A DNA stretch of 59,924 bases, filler included, from Platydemus manokwari (Eukaryota): assembly GCA_037951405.1 (NCBI GenBank). It is 5 parts of 5 records of this genome, joined end to end, with 100 filler letters (N's around TTAATTAATTAA, not from the genome) between each part and the next. Parts side by side here need not be neighbours in the genome. Positions count along the whole stretch, not along the records: positions 31,985 to 46,257 come from JBBMOY011493639.1; positions 46,358 to 59,924 come from JBBMOY011689178.1; 3 more parts are not named here. The stretch is one strand, 5' to 3'. The position numbers and the translations under genes were made by a program. How positions within the stretch are numbered: position 1 is the first letter of the stretch; every line of letters begins with the position of its first letter. Below the pieces are notes generated by a model that saw nothing but the letters and a program-made list of their open reading frames with translations, was not told where the DNA came from and did not search any database. Of the stretch, positions 40,401 through 53,820 are shown piece after piece.

Positions 40401-43400
40401 ATTGACCCGTATAAAGATAAAGAGAATAATTAAACCCGTTTGGCAACTAAATTGGGACCTATATCTGATAAAAATGTTAATAGCTATTTCCTTAAACAAC
40501 AATAGGAAATCGTTTAAATTAAGGTAATAACAGGAAATAATGAATAATTTTAACTTTAAAACTCGAGAATTAAATATGAATCCATGCAAATTATCCCAAA
40601 AAACATTAAACAACACACCATTATCGAAACCATTAGACAAGACGAGTTTATTTCCGAAATGAACCCAGAAACCAAACAAGATCAGCAAGTCAGATCACAG
40701 TCAAACCATGATCCACCACTATTAGCAGGTTAATCGTTATTTTAATCATTCGATTAAACCATCATTTTTATCGTCCTACAGCTTACCAGACAAATTAGAC
40801 CAACGTGGCGAGAACCTATGACTTTCCATTGTTCATTTTTTTGTTCGAATATATTTATATATCGATTTGTTTTGTTATATTTTCTACATTTTACAGAAAT
40901 TTTTTACAAATATGGTTGACGTGGGATTTACGTGATATAATTGACTGCCTTGGAAATCTAGATTCACCTTACGACAGTGATCTTTACTACGAAACAAAAT
41001 AGTTACGACCAAAATGAAATAAATGTGATCTTGGTTATTTGCAATATTTTAATTCTATCTTATTTAGTTAAGTGTTCGTATTTATGATATTCATGTTTAT
41101 TTGATTAATAAACGACTTAAATTCTTAAATTCAATAAACAGACCCGTTTTCAGAAATAAAACGTGCTAAATACCACCGGTTGAAGTGGACCAAACTCATT
41201 TAATAGGGCAGTGCCTTACGATATTCTAATCTTACTCGCTAAAATAAAATGACTGAAAAATACAAAAGAAATTAAACAAAGAGGTATCTAATCGAACAAA
41301 TAAAAGTGGTTTTAATTCTACTAATCATCTTTAATGATACTTAAAAGTTATATTTTGATTAGAGAATTTCACAAATATTAACGGAACTCATAATCATATA
41401 AAGCCCCATTTGTTAGATATCGAACTTAAACCAATTGGAAACAATATGAGCCCTTGATTATTAAAGTGGTATAAGTCATTTCAACCTTTCAAAACCAAAT
41501 TTCCATTTAAAAATGGTAATAAATTTCACAATCATATTAAATGCTGATTTACCGGCGCTAATTAGTTGTCAAAATATTTCATTCCATAATACACAAATAT
41601 TTTTTAATTTTTTAACATGCAAATCCTTAAATATCTCCAAACATGAAATATATGACTTATACCACTTTCATAATCAAGGGCACATATATACATCTAATCA
41701 ATAACTATGTAAAACAATATTTTTGAAAACTGCTTTCTGTAATTAAAACTAACCAGTTAATCCCTGCTCAAATAATTCGTTTATTACATTAAAAAACAAA
41801 CCAAATTTAATCTTTATAAATCTACTTACTATTTATCAGTAATATATATTTTTAAAATAAAAATAATTAACAAATAATAATGAAAAAACATCAATTCAAA
41901 TAGCAGTAATGCCATTGAAAATGTAGAAACAAAAGTAAAATAAATCTGGCTAAATATCAATTTATATATAAATATTAACAGAGCTTATTACAAATGTTAA
42001 AGTATAAAAATTAGATGATTTATTTTCATCAATCTGTCAGCAAAAAAATCAACACTAGCACGGCTGTTACAAAACATATTTGTACCTAAATTTGTGCGAT
42101 TGATGCACAGGAGATTATTTTGATAAAACTAGTATTCTATTTACAAATAAACACAAATATGTACACCGAAGTCACAAATCATGCTCTAGCTCTCAGTATT
42201 CAAATGTTCCCCAATAGAATCAATCGACGATTTGTACACTTGAGCATATCTGGTTCAAATATCTCATTCGGAATTCGGTTTGGCAGAACGAATCTGTTGA
42301 CAGAGGGATTCACTTGGACGAGTTCTCTAAAATATGTTTTTCATCATCAATTCGATTGATTGGTAAATTGAGTGAAAACAAATGTAAGACAATTTGTGAT
42401 AAAGAGCAAACCAAACGCAATTACTTATAGATCAGCGCAACACAAGTATTATCAAAGCCTTTGTCATGATGGAAAATCATTATAAAACCAATATAAAAAA
42501 CAAATTTATGAAATAAATGTTCCAAATACTCTCTCTCCGCCACGGAAAACATGCCACTTGAACTTCATATACATTTATTTATTTATAAATCTTTGATTAA
42601 ATAAAACTGCTGCTACAAATACATTTGCTATGTGATATATAAATCTCAACGAACCAGAATATATTAATATATCTTTCACTAATTTCTTAACCAAAGTATA
42701 TCGATTTAATATATCTGTAAATAATAATCTAGGCATGATAAATGTTGCTGTCAGTGAATTCAGGAAATGTTGTAGTTCATTTTACCGGAAAATCAAAGGC
42801 TCCAAAATTTATGATAATTGGCAGAAAAAAGGATAATGAAGGGTAAAATAAAATTAAGGATAATGTAAAATGGATTGAGATTAGGAAAATTTTAAGTGTA
42901 AGGATCACAAGGATGAAATATTCCAATTGCTTCTCCACATGTAGATCATTTCCGGAATCATTCCTATTCATCAATATCGGGTGGGGCTTCGAATCCACTG
43001 GTCGAATATCACTTAATAACACATTACTTACCAAAAATATTGTCATCTAATCTTATGAGTACATATCACCAGATCCGTGACAATTTTAAAATTCTCGAGA
43101 AATTATTTTCAAATCATTGACGGGTAAATAAATGTATTAGTGAACATAAACGAATCCTCAAAATAAAACATAAAAATGTCCAAAGTATGGCAGTGTATAT
43201 ATATATATGTCTGTATTCGAAAAATATTCCAATACATCTATTTGTTCACAAAATACGAGTCGAATTATAAACATATTATAAACAAACAATTACAAAGTTC
43301 AATGTCGGGATTTACATTTTGACTTTAATCGACTAATAAATTGCCAACAGAAAACAAAGCCAATTTGAGGACAAACTAGAAAATGTCTCAACAGAATAAT

Positions 43401-44581
43401 TATAAGAATATCTTTGATATCAGTTTGGCATTAAAATATAAAATAATGTATTATAAAGTAATTGATTCGAACTATTTATCACAAAAATTGTAATAAATTA
43501 AACCTATGGAAATAATCGATATTATATTGAGAAGAAATGAAAGTAAAAATATCTTTAACGAAGGTCAGATAGGTCCAAATATTAAGATACAAATTATCAC
43601 TGTATAAAATGTATGTGAATTAATTGATCTCCTACTCCCAATACTACTTCAAATATAATCGATATAATTGAAAAATATGTTATTTGGAAAAGCATGCTTC
43701 GAGAAAAAGCAAAATCATCCGCAAAAGACTAGCTAAATTCAAATACAAAGCATAGAAATACCTGATTTCCTGGTCTGCTTCGAGGCAATTGTTTATCTAA
43801 TGACAGCACATATAGAAAATTACACAAAAACATAAATATGATGATGATTAATATTATCAATGAATTATATTCCCAATGTTAGAGTACGCCCGTAGAGATA
43901 TCTCATTTACAATATATGGTTATTATTATTATCAAATCAATAATATAGTATTGGTGAAAGCTATCAAAATGCAAGATATAAAACAATAATATATCGATAT
44001 GTATTCATACCAAACATATACATCATGGACCAATGACAAAGATATTTATTGTTTTCATCATTATATATTTGATCAGAATAATCAAAATAATCTTCACTCT
44101 ATAATATCAGTCATTGAAATCAATAGAATTCATATTTGATATGGACTGTACAATTATATTGATTATCTACTTGTAATACTGAAATCAATACGGAGAAATA
44201 TTGGTATTGTTTAGTTTTGGGGAAATATTCACAATATTACTGATATAAGTATTGAAATAATACTGATAATACAAATTAAAATTGATATGAGTATCGATGG
44301 AATCAATACATTTTAGATTACAAATCAATATATCGATGATTTTTTTTACCAATATATCGTCACCTCAGTCAATATCAATACCCTAAACTTCATCATATCA
44401 ATCGATATTAATCAATTTTTAACAATATTAATATCTCTCAACAACTGACAAAAATTCATCGATTTATGATAATAAAGGTCAATTATTTATCAACCGTGCA
44501 AATAATCACAATTATGGGAATCAATAAATAACCAAACGAAAATATTGTGGCTTGAGTACAAATATGAATAAATATAATCAA

Positions 44582-45880
44582 TCAATTACCTGGAGCCTGC
44601 GGAACGGAATTATCGAAATTGCCGATCACATTGCTTCCGGCTGGCATTTTGGAGGTATTGTAAAAGAAATGAGCTGGTAAAGTGTGTTGTTGAAGTTGTA
44701 ATTGTTGCTGCTTTTTCTGTTGGATTGCTTGATAAATGAGTTCCATATTGGAACCGTTGTTTGATACAACATGAATGTCCTGAGAGATGGGCTGTTTCTG
44801 AGTCGATGTCAGAATAGCAGTGGCCTGACTGTTACTCGCCAACTGGGAATGTAATTGATTGTTGAGAAAGGTGACAAGATCTGTCTGTGACACCGGTGGT
44901 GTATTGGTGATTGGTTGAGTAACAGTGGTCGCTACGAGCCCGTGATGCTGCTGTTGGTAATGCTTCAAAAACGCAAGTGTCTGTTGGTTAATTGGTTCGA
45001 TTTTTTGCATTGACGATGTTCCCCAATTTGGATTGGATAACACTTGTTGCTGAGGTTGCTGTTGAGGTTGGACAAACATTGACTTGCTATCCGACAATTG
45101 TCGAATTCTCAAGTCCCCATTCATAATATTTGGCATTGTAGACTGCTTGAAATGGGATGATTGTGAATCTGTAGATTTCTGAGTTTTGACAGAGCTTTTC
45201 GAAGTCGATGGTGCATTGCTAATTGCTGTCTGTCGATTGGTTGACCTATTGTCTGTGCTATTTGAAGTAGTCGAAGTGTTAATGGGGGGAACTGATGAAC
45301 CGAGAGAAGTTTTTGATAACTGGAGTTGTAGTTTTGCATTAACCGCTTTCAAATGATCTCGACGATGTGAGAGTTTATACTGCTTAGATAGAAGCTGCTC
45401 ATTTTCATTTTTCAAATCATGAAGACAAGAGAGAAGAGAAGCGACTGAATGAGAGAGTGCTTTATAAAATAAACGGAACAGTCTTAAGCCTAACTGTCAC
45501 TAGCTTCAGCCTGCTGCATTAAGAGCGTTCCAGTTTGGTCCCATTGCCACTCCAATAGTTCTTCCATACTCTGACAGGTTGTGCTGGCGATTTTGTTGTT
45601 GGAGCTCGTTGTAGTTGTACTCAACATACTGGAAGAGGCACCTGAAGATGTTCCACCCATAATACTGCTCATAGTGTTAAACAAGGAAGTTGGGCGTGGC
45701 GGTGGAATCATTTTCTTTTCTTTGTTTCGAGTTTCGAGTTCTACGAGAGCTTGAATCTTATCACTATCAAATTTATGAAAAAATGTTCCTTTATTGGTTT
45801 TCGTGTTTTGAGTTACTTTTCTTGCCTTTTTAATCTTTTCCGGTTTGACTACCAATTCAGATTTAACAACTGCCTTTTGT
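44582..45880 (-). CDS. MLLT10: AF10/MLLT10 (Alhambra/ZFP-1)-like protein, C-terminal part with OM-LZ domain and Q-rich tail; exons 45880-45495, 45444-44582
   Basis: Spliced SMEELLEWQWDQTGTLLMQQAEASD|IASLLSCLHDLKNENEQLLSKQYKLSHRRDHLKAVNAKLQ matches the AF10/AF17 octapeptide motif (EQLLERQW) plus leucine zipper, followed by an S/T/Q-rich tail. The PZP domain is not seen before the spacer. Confidence 0.85.
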
Positions 45881-46257
45881 CTGATAATAATAATAATCTA
45901 TATTAAATATCTTGTGTTCTACCGCCGGTTTTCGCAAACATAAAACTCATTTAACATATATAGTAAGATCATTGAAATAATAAGTCATTGAGATGATAGT
46001 ATTATTATTAAAAATTCTTAGAAAATGAGCATTGATGAGTGTGTCTTAATTATATTTGAAAACTGTTTTAGTTAAATATTATTTTAAAAATATTGATTTT
46101 CAAGATTGATAAAAATGTTGTTTTTCTAATTTTAAATATTATTATTGATTTTATTTGAACTGAATCTTTATTGAAAATAATATTATTAATCAAATGGATT
46201 TATTTATTAAATGAATCAATATTGTATTAATAATAAATTATAATTTAAATATTCGAT

Positions 46258-46357
46258 NNNNNNNNNNNNNNNNNNNNNNNNNNNNNNNNNNNNNNNNNNN
46301 NTTAATTAATTAANNNNNNNNNNNNNNNNNNNNNNNNNNNNNNNNNNNNNNNNNNNN
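46258..46357. other. Artificial contig spacer (44N-TTAATTAATTAA-44N)
   Basis: Identical to the other spacers. Confidence 0.97.
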
Positions 46358-47329
46358 GTTATATACATCATTTTATTATTAGTGATGTAATAACATCTTG
46401 GGAGGTTTATTGGATTGTAGCAACTGACAATTGCGCAATCACTAATCAATATGCAATCAACAAACACACACATCATACATACCACATTCACATTTCCATT
46501 TACGAATCCCCTTTACAATTATAACAAAACTATTTTTAAAAATTTCGACTTCCAATTATACATGCTTGAACTGATATCATAAATATATAACCATGCCCTT
46601 AATGTGACTGAGGTACAACTATTTCTGATGAATTATGTTATCAAATATTGAATGTCATTGATAGATTTAAATTTATTTGTTAGAAAAAAGAAAATTCAGA
46701 CCAATTTCAACATCAATTGGGCTAATGTAATGGCAGGTTTCATAGATTTACTTTCTTTCTAATGGATAAACACTTGCTTATAATAGATAAAGTAGATTTT
46801 TGTACAAGAATAGTTTTGTTTTATTTAAAAAATGAGATATTTCAGAATCAGCCATTCGGTTGTTTTATTAAAATCGTGATGCTAAATACCTGCGAGCCAA
46901 TGATAACAAGTGTTGGGTTCTTCTTCTGAAAAATTGAATAATGACTGACTCTAAAACTCAAACTTTATTTATCGGTACGACTTGCAATAATACATTAATA
47001 CTCGTACTACTCAAAAACATAACAAAGATCTGGCTTCTTATAGGTCGTTGGCCATCTTTACTTTGATATTTATATTGGATTAATATTAATTTTTTGTCAT
47101 GTTTTATAACATTTTGATTCGATCTTTGCTTTTCCATGTTTCTATTAATCTTATTAGTTTGTCTATGAGTGAGATTGGCCAATCCCTATTTATGTGTTGC
47201 CATGTGGCTATGTCCTCTTTTCCAAATATTGTTTACTATCTAGATCCGCTGTGATTGGTTGGTTGCTATGCATATATGGTTGTGCAGGTATGCAAATATT
47301 TGAAGTGCTTAAACAAGGGTTCTAAGATG

Positions 47330-48210
47330 CAAATCCGTTTTACTTTTGCAGAATTTCATTACAGTCAATGTTAAGGCCAAAAAGGAACGAAATATAAATC
47401 AAAGTCTGACGTTGTATTTAAGCACGTCTTATTATAATCGTCAAAGACGTACAACATCTTGATCTAGAAATTGAATAATAGATGATGCATTTAGTTGATA
47501 AAAATTAAGTCCTTTTGTTGAGGTGGCACGTTATCTAGAGATAATAACGATTTTCTTCAATCTTCTTTAATACTTTTATTCAATTCTTGACAAAATATTG
47601 ATAGATTATCAGCATCGTCGAAATATTTTGTATTCCACGTGTCTATGTTCTATTCAATGAACATTTCTCAGAAGTCCAGATTCGACACAATAGCAAACAT
47701 GTCTATCTAATATCTGTGATAATTTTTAATGAATTGAAATTTTCATATATCAGTTCAGATTTTATAAAATATTGATTGGTTTGAATAACCGCAATTATAA
47801 TATAATTGTAATTAAATTTGATTTGTAATTTTAATATGTCGTCACTTTTAAGTTCGTTTTCAATTCTTGCTTTAGAAAATAGTAGTGCCTTACAACATTC
47901 TTTCAACTTATCTTTATATAATTCTTTAAGTATCAGAACAAACCTTTCATCTTCCTCTTTTTATTCTCCGAAAATCAATTTAGTCGATATCAAATGTCTC
48001 GAAAGAAAGTATTTAAGCCAGTCAATTGAATCTTTAAAATAATTATTTTCACAATTCTCTGATGTTTATAACGCTTTTCGTTTCAATATATCGCTCTTGA
48101 TATTATTATGTCCTTATATGGGCATCTGGAACCTCTCGTCAATTTCGTAACCCGCTTTGTAAACGCAACATTCTTTTCTATTTGATATTCTGATATCATT
48201 CCAACATGAA
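47330..48210 (-). mobile_element. Decayed pogo/Tigger (CENP-B-like) transposase
   Basis: The minus strand shows DILKRKAL*...YFKDSIDWLKYFLSRHLISTKLIFGE (cf. FKASxGWLxRFKxRHxI...GE), then RKSLLSLDNVPP (cf. RKILLLLDNAPSH) and LDQDVVR (cf. PLDQGII), with many stops. Confidence 0.75.
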
Positions 48211-48779
48211 ATTTTAAGATTTCATTTGATTATATTTATTAACAAGTTTTGATTGAGATGTTCATATCAAGCTGTGATCATATTGAATAGGTTCGGCAGT
48301 ATCAATTTGACCATCTTGGTCACATGTAAGGGCATATTAATAAGAAAGTAACAAGTGTATCATTATAATAATCTAGTAATATATTAAAATGTATTTAATA
48401 AATATTATTATTATTATTAACGGTCTAAATATAATCATTAGTTGGTGTCAAATATGTTTAAAATTTCCAATTCCGTTATTGATTAAAATAAATAAATGGT
48501 TCCAGAAATAATTTTAATTGAATTGCGAAATTGTTTTCAGAAATGATATCCGCTCTCATTATTGTATAAAACAGAACCTGATGTTGGTCTATTTAAGAGT
48601 CATATGATGTCAATAAATGACAATATTTCAATACAAACTATTCTATTATTTTGCACATAGCAACCATTGATTTGAGATATGATCGATTTTATAATCAGAA
48701 ATGCAGTAATGATAGTTGTGATTAGGTGTGTTGTGACCATAATTACACAAACCACATTACACCAATAATAAATAAATAC

Positions 48780-50179
48780 TTTTCATTCCCTGTTAAAGCT
48801 GCCACATGACAAGCATTATAACATTTTTTATTGACTGTGCGAATATTGGCCCCAGAATTCAATAATATTTCGACTGACTTGATTTGATGAGCAAATATAG
48901 CCAGATGTAGAGCTGTGTTTCCATTGTAGTTCTACATGACATACATTGTATTCATAAAATATATCATTTATCATTACAATATTTGTAACACATTATTAAA
49001 CTAAGTAATTTAATTTAATCTGATTTGTGTTTAACATCATGATAAAAGCTATTCAAATTGTTAATTTTTAATTAATAAATTTCAAGTTTTATTTTCAACC
49101 AAAACATTTTAGCTTGACTTGTCGGTCAAATATTTTGAAATTATTCATCATGCAATCAATATCACCATCGATATATCAATACTAATAAGATCAAGATTGA
49201 TAATGTCAGTAAAATAAATCACTAATATCTTGAAATTCAAAATCGGAATTCATAAATCAATTCAATTAAAAGCAAAAAATAACATGATTTAAAAATAAAA
49301 TACAAGATATATCAATAAAATACAGCAAGATGAATATTGACTCCTTTGGACTGGATAAGAAAAGCAAGAATTTCTTCGAAGCCAAAACGAGCAGCCAGCA
49401 TGAGTGGAGTCCTCTTCTTGTGATCCAGAGCATTGATATTAGCACCATCATTGATGAGTGCAATGCAATCGTCTAGTTGAATAAAAAGGACTGCTAAATG
49501 GAGAGCACTGTAATCGAAAACACTTTGACCATCTAGGAATGAGAGACTGCTTTAATAAAATGTTTCAGGCTATTTTCTTACCATTTTCATACATGTCACC
49601 GGAATGTCTTTGTACACACTGAGTTATAAAATCATCAATGACTACGAGTAATTTTTATCAAATAATTATTAATTACATAATGACGCAATTGCTAAAATAA
49701 TATTAAAGAGAAAATAAAATGACATTTTAAAACCATTTTCAAATTTTAAAATTACTTATTTAAATAAAATAATAAAAATGGCGGTTAGCGATTAGTGGAA
49801 GAAAGACATAAAAGAAACAATGTAATCGTGACAAGAAAATGACTGACTAATTAAAAAAAAGCTCGCAAACCTTTAAAGATAGATAGATTGTTATAAGAGA
49901 TAGCTAAATTAAAAGCGTAAACAACACTCGATATGATAGACAGTTCATAAATTATGTCATTTCTATCTGCAATCACATTATTATAACCAATTTAAGTTCA
50001 GTTAATATCACCTAGTCGAAAATCACTTTCACAATTATCATTTATCTGTTATCATTTATATTTACTTCATTCATATCGCAATTCGATACGCCATGGTGTT
50101 CGTGCATCTGGTTAACAACTTCCTCGTCATTGATATTTATTATTACTTCATCACCAACATTAGAACGAAGTATCTCAGT
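48780..50179 (-). CDS. Divergent Mind bomb (MIB)-like ankyrin-repeat gene fragment, possibly a pseudogene; exons 50179-50066, 49641-49582, 49532-49324, 48931-48780
   Basis: The last three exons splice in frame: IDDFITQCVQRHSGDMYENDGQSVFDYSALHLAVLF...GANINALDHKKRTPLMLAARFGF...NYNGNTALHLAIF...GANIRTVNKKCYNACHVAALTGNE, which are clear ankyrin repeats. The first exon, VGDEVIININDEEVVNQMHEHHGVSNCDM, resembles the MIB SH3-like repeat. The ORF track shows only a wrong frame here. Confidence 0.65.
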
Positions 50180-53100
50180 CTAAATAATTGGGAAAAAACC
50201 AATGTTATGAGAATTTGATTTGTAAAATCTAGTCCGCATATCTTATATAGAAATAATAAATAATTTTTATATATTTATCAAGAAGGGAAAATAAAAATTT
50301 GTAATTTGAAAGGCGTGGTCTAAAAAACTGATGGTGCTTACTACTATCGTTGGGAGATATATTAGCGTTATAGTGAAACTAATAGGATAAACTAATATTA
50401 GTCTTGATTATTGACAAATGCCGAAATAATAATAAATTCGTTCCTGCTAATAGTATTAAATTTATTAATCAAGAAAAAAAGGAATTTGAAAAATCACATT
50501 ATTAATCAAATGAATTCATAGAAAAATCAGTAAAATTTTATTGATTATTATAAATGAAATTGGCTTTGATCTAACATTGCAAACTGAAGCTGTTGAAATT
50601 TTACGTTTCTAAAGAAACGTAAGAAATGGAATTTTTTTAAAGTTTTTTTTAAAATATTTCAGCGATTGGTATTAATAATTTTATTACTGTAAACTTTATA
50701 TTAATAATATTGCTATAAGATAATAATATTTTAAATGTACTAAAATAATTTAATGTTGGATATTGAGACATTTGATAGTTTGTTAATAAGACAGCAGTTG
50801 CATGTATTAATGTATAATTTTGATTATTGTAGGATCTTTAAATGAACTCATACATTTTTATGAGAATTCAGGGAGAATTTGTGATCAACAGGAATATAAA
50901 ATAATATTTAAAGTTTCTTTAAGAATTCCTGTGATCAGCATTGATAATAATATTTTACAGATGTACTGAATATTTGTGTTATGAATTGTGAGTATTAAAT
51001 AATGTGAAGCAAGAAGACCTTTTAAGGAATGGAACAAGGTGGAGAATTTCATAAATAATTTTATAAAAACATGCTGAAGAATGAAATAAAGAATTTATTA
51101 TTAAAATTAAAATTGATTCTTTGAAAAATTCAGAAAATTTTTGTAAATTTGATGATTATTTTAATAATTACAAATTTATAAAACATGAGCAAGAAGGCTT
51201 TTTAGTCCTTTAGACTTTTTGAAAGAAGATCTTACGAATTAACATAGCCGTTATCATGGCCACCCAATAAAACTAGCTAATGTCAACCTTCTCAAAAAAT
51301 GCAAAAATAGAATTCCACAAGATCTGGACAGCAAAATGATAGGAAAAGTAGAAATGACTTTAACCCTCATATAATCATGTAATAGAAATAGGTCAAAATT
51401 AAAAAACCGCAGACCAACCTCATTTCTCAAAATGGCCAAAGACAAGCTAGATATTACTCAAAAAATGCACAAAATAAAAATGCATGAAACAAATCAAGAG
51501 TCAAAGATACCAAAGATTAGAAAACCAAATGTTTAACATTTTAAATCAGTCGATGACAATAGAAATCACACTAATAGTCATTAAAATTGACCCAACAAAA
51601 TACCAGAAATCCAATATCAACATATAAAATCTCATGCAAGCAAGTGAAAGCACAATTTGTCCCACAGTGTCAGCTGAAACATTAGCAAAGAGGAAAGCTA
51701 AGGAAGAATACAAAAAAGAGAGATATCGACAAATCACAAGTAAATTAAAAACTAAGTTATACCGAATTATCAATTACCTTTGCCGTAATAAAATGTAAAA
51801 CCTACAACTGAATCTGATCTGGATAAAACATCGAAGAACTTAACTTCGCCAAAAGAAAAATATAACGAAGAAAACACAATACAGACGAGCTCTCCCAAAC
51901 TAAAAAACATCGCTAAAAACGATGATCGGATCAACAAATTGGAAAGGGGTCTGAGCATTCATTTTAATTAAATGATAATAATTTTAAAATTTCAAAATAA
52001 TTTAAATTTTAAGTGATTTTAAAATCATTTTTTTAAATAATGGCTTTAAAGAAAATTCTTTTAAATTATAAATAAGATAATAAGTTTTAAAAATAGTGTT
52101 TTAATATTTATTATATAAAATAAGATAATTTAAAGTTATTTTAATTTTGTTATATATATACCTGATTAAGATTGATACTGAAACTTTCTGAAATTATAAT
52201 TTGTTTAAAAAAATGTATTAAGTGTTGTAATTAAATAAATTTTAAGAAAATCGTAATAATGGCGTCTTTTGTTGAAACATCAATTACAAGCGAAGTAGCC
52301 GCTACTAACAATAACAATTTCTTTGATAAGAATTGTTTTAATTATAAAATAATTTTTGCCCAACATTAATTTTTATCTTTTTCAAATTATTTTTCATTTA
52401 TTTGTAAACACCCATAATATCTTATCAGTGATTTTAATCAATATTTTTATTATTATAATTAAATAATATTTAATATAATTATTTACAAATAAAGTTTGAA
52501 AATAAATAAATGAGCTTCAAATGGATGAGCTTCAAAGCTCATCTCCCATAAAATCAATACAATTTCACTAAAGTGCAAATACAATTTGTCAAATAAACAA
52601 AATAAAAATTACCAAATTATTTTCTGGTTAATAAAAGTTATTTCATTGTTTTCTTTGACCGATTATACTTTTATACAACAATAACATTATTTTCCTTTAA
52701 TACATCAAAGACAAAACACTCAATTCATATCGTTAATTTCCGCAAATTTTTAAAAATCGAACCATTCGATAATTGATAGTTAGTAAACCTGATGGTTCAC
52801 AAATGTCATCATTTAGATGGCGTTTTGATTGTTCAGTGTTTTCCCAAATTTATTTGGAATAAAAACATCATTCAATTCTATACCGATAATTATTACAAAT
52901 CATTTTAGCGCCAGACTGGAAAACATTCAAGTATAAATATTATTTAATCAAGAATTCCTTAAAATTATCGATTCTTCTGCTTCAGTCTTTCTCCAGCCAA
53001 GAAATCTGTTCTTATCTTTAATAGGTGATTTAATTCCTTGTCTTTCTTTCTTAATCAATCTTATTACTTGTGAGTCTCGTGTTTATTTATATTTAACCAG

Positions 53101-53722
53101 TGCTGGATACCAATTTATAATTATCGAACAAACTTAATAAGCTGTCAATTATAAATCTTCACTAAAATCAATAAATTAAAAGTACAAAAAGTAAATTTAA
53201 ATTTTTAAGAATTTGTGTTTAAATGATATGTTAAATTATTAGAATTCGAGAGAGGATTTTGAATAAAATTCTCCTCTCTGCTTTTTTGATTGTTATATTA
53301 ACTATCATATTCCACCCATCAATAAGTTAGAACTGATATTTAAAATCTCTTTCTCATATCGTATCCACTCATTGATTACAGTCTAATATTATTAATCGAA
53401 TAATTTATAATTGCGTTATATCATGAAATATCATTCGCCTGTGTATCTCCGGATAAAAAATTGATAAAATATTTTTTATCGAAATTAATAATTTCACTTC
53501 AAAGCATTTCGGTAACGTTTTAATCGGCATCATCTTTAAGCTATCTATCTCAAATTTATCGTTTGTTATACATTTTGAAATATTTATCGAAGGTCATAAG
53601 GTTTTACTTCGTTCTGTGTTTTAATTGATGCTGGTTAATACAGAATTTATCCACAAAATTACTGGTTTTTAAAATACATACTCAATTCCGTGTATATTAA
53701 TGTCTATAAACAAGCTTTGGTT

Positions 53723-53820
53723 AAAGTTAAGAAAAGAGGTCCTAAATGAAATTTTAAGTTTGTTGAGTGTATTGCAAAAATCTATATAGTTTATTTAATT
53801 AAATTCTTTAAAAACATTTT
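53723..53820 (+). repeat. Dispersed repeat, copy 2 (other copy at 11912-12008)
   Basis: Direct near-identity over ~95 bp. Confidence 0.9.

Noticed and set aside
51250-51960. A/C-skewed tract (similar ones at ~24770-25060 and ~40400-40800) giving hydrophobic minus-strand ORFs
   Set aside because: Probably decayed retroelement sequence with many stops and no diagnostic motif. The ORFs reflect compositional skew.
52524-53280. Small hairpins GATGAGCT-TCAA-AGCTCATC (52524-52543) and AGAGAGGA...TCCTCTCT (~53249-53279)
   Set aside because: There is no downstream CTRR for a Helitron end, they are too short for miRNA precursors, and such hairpins are expected by chance in 60 kb.
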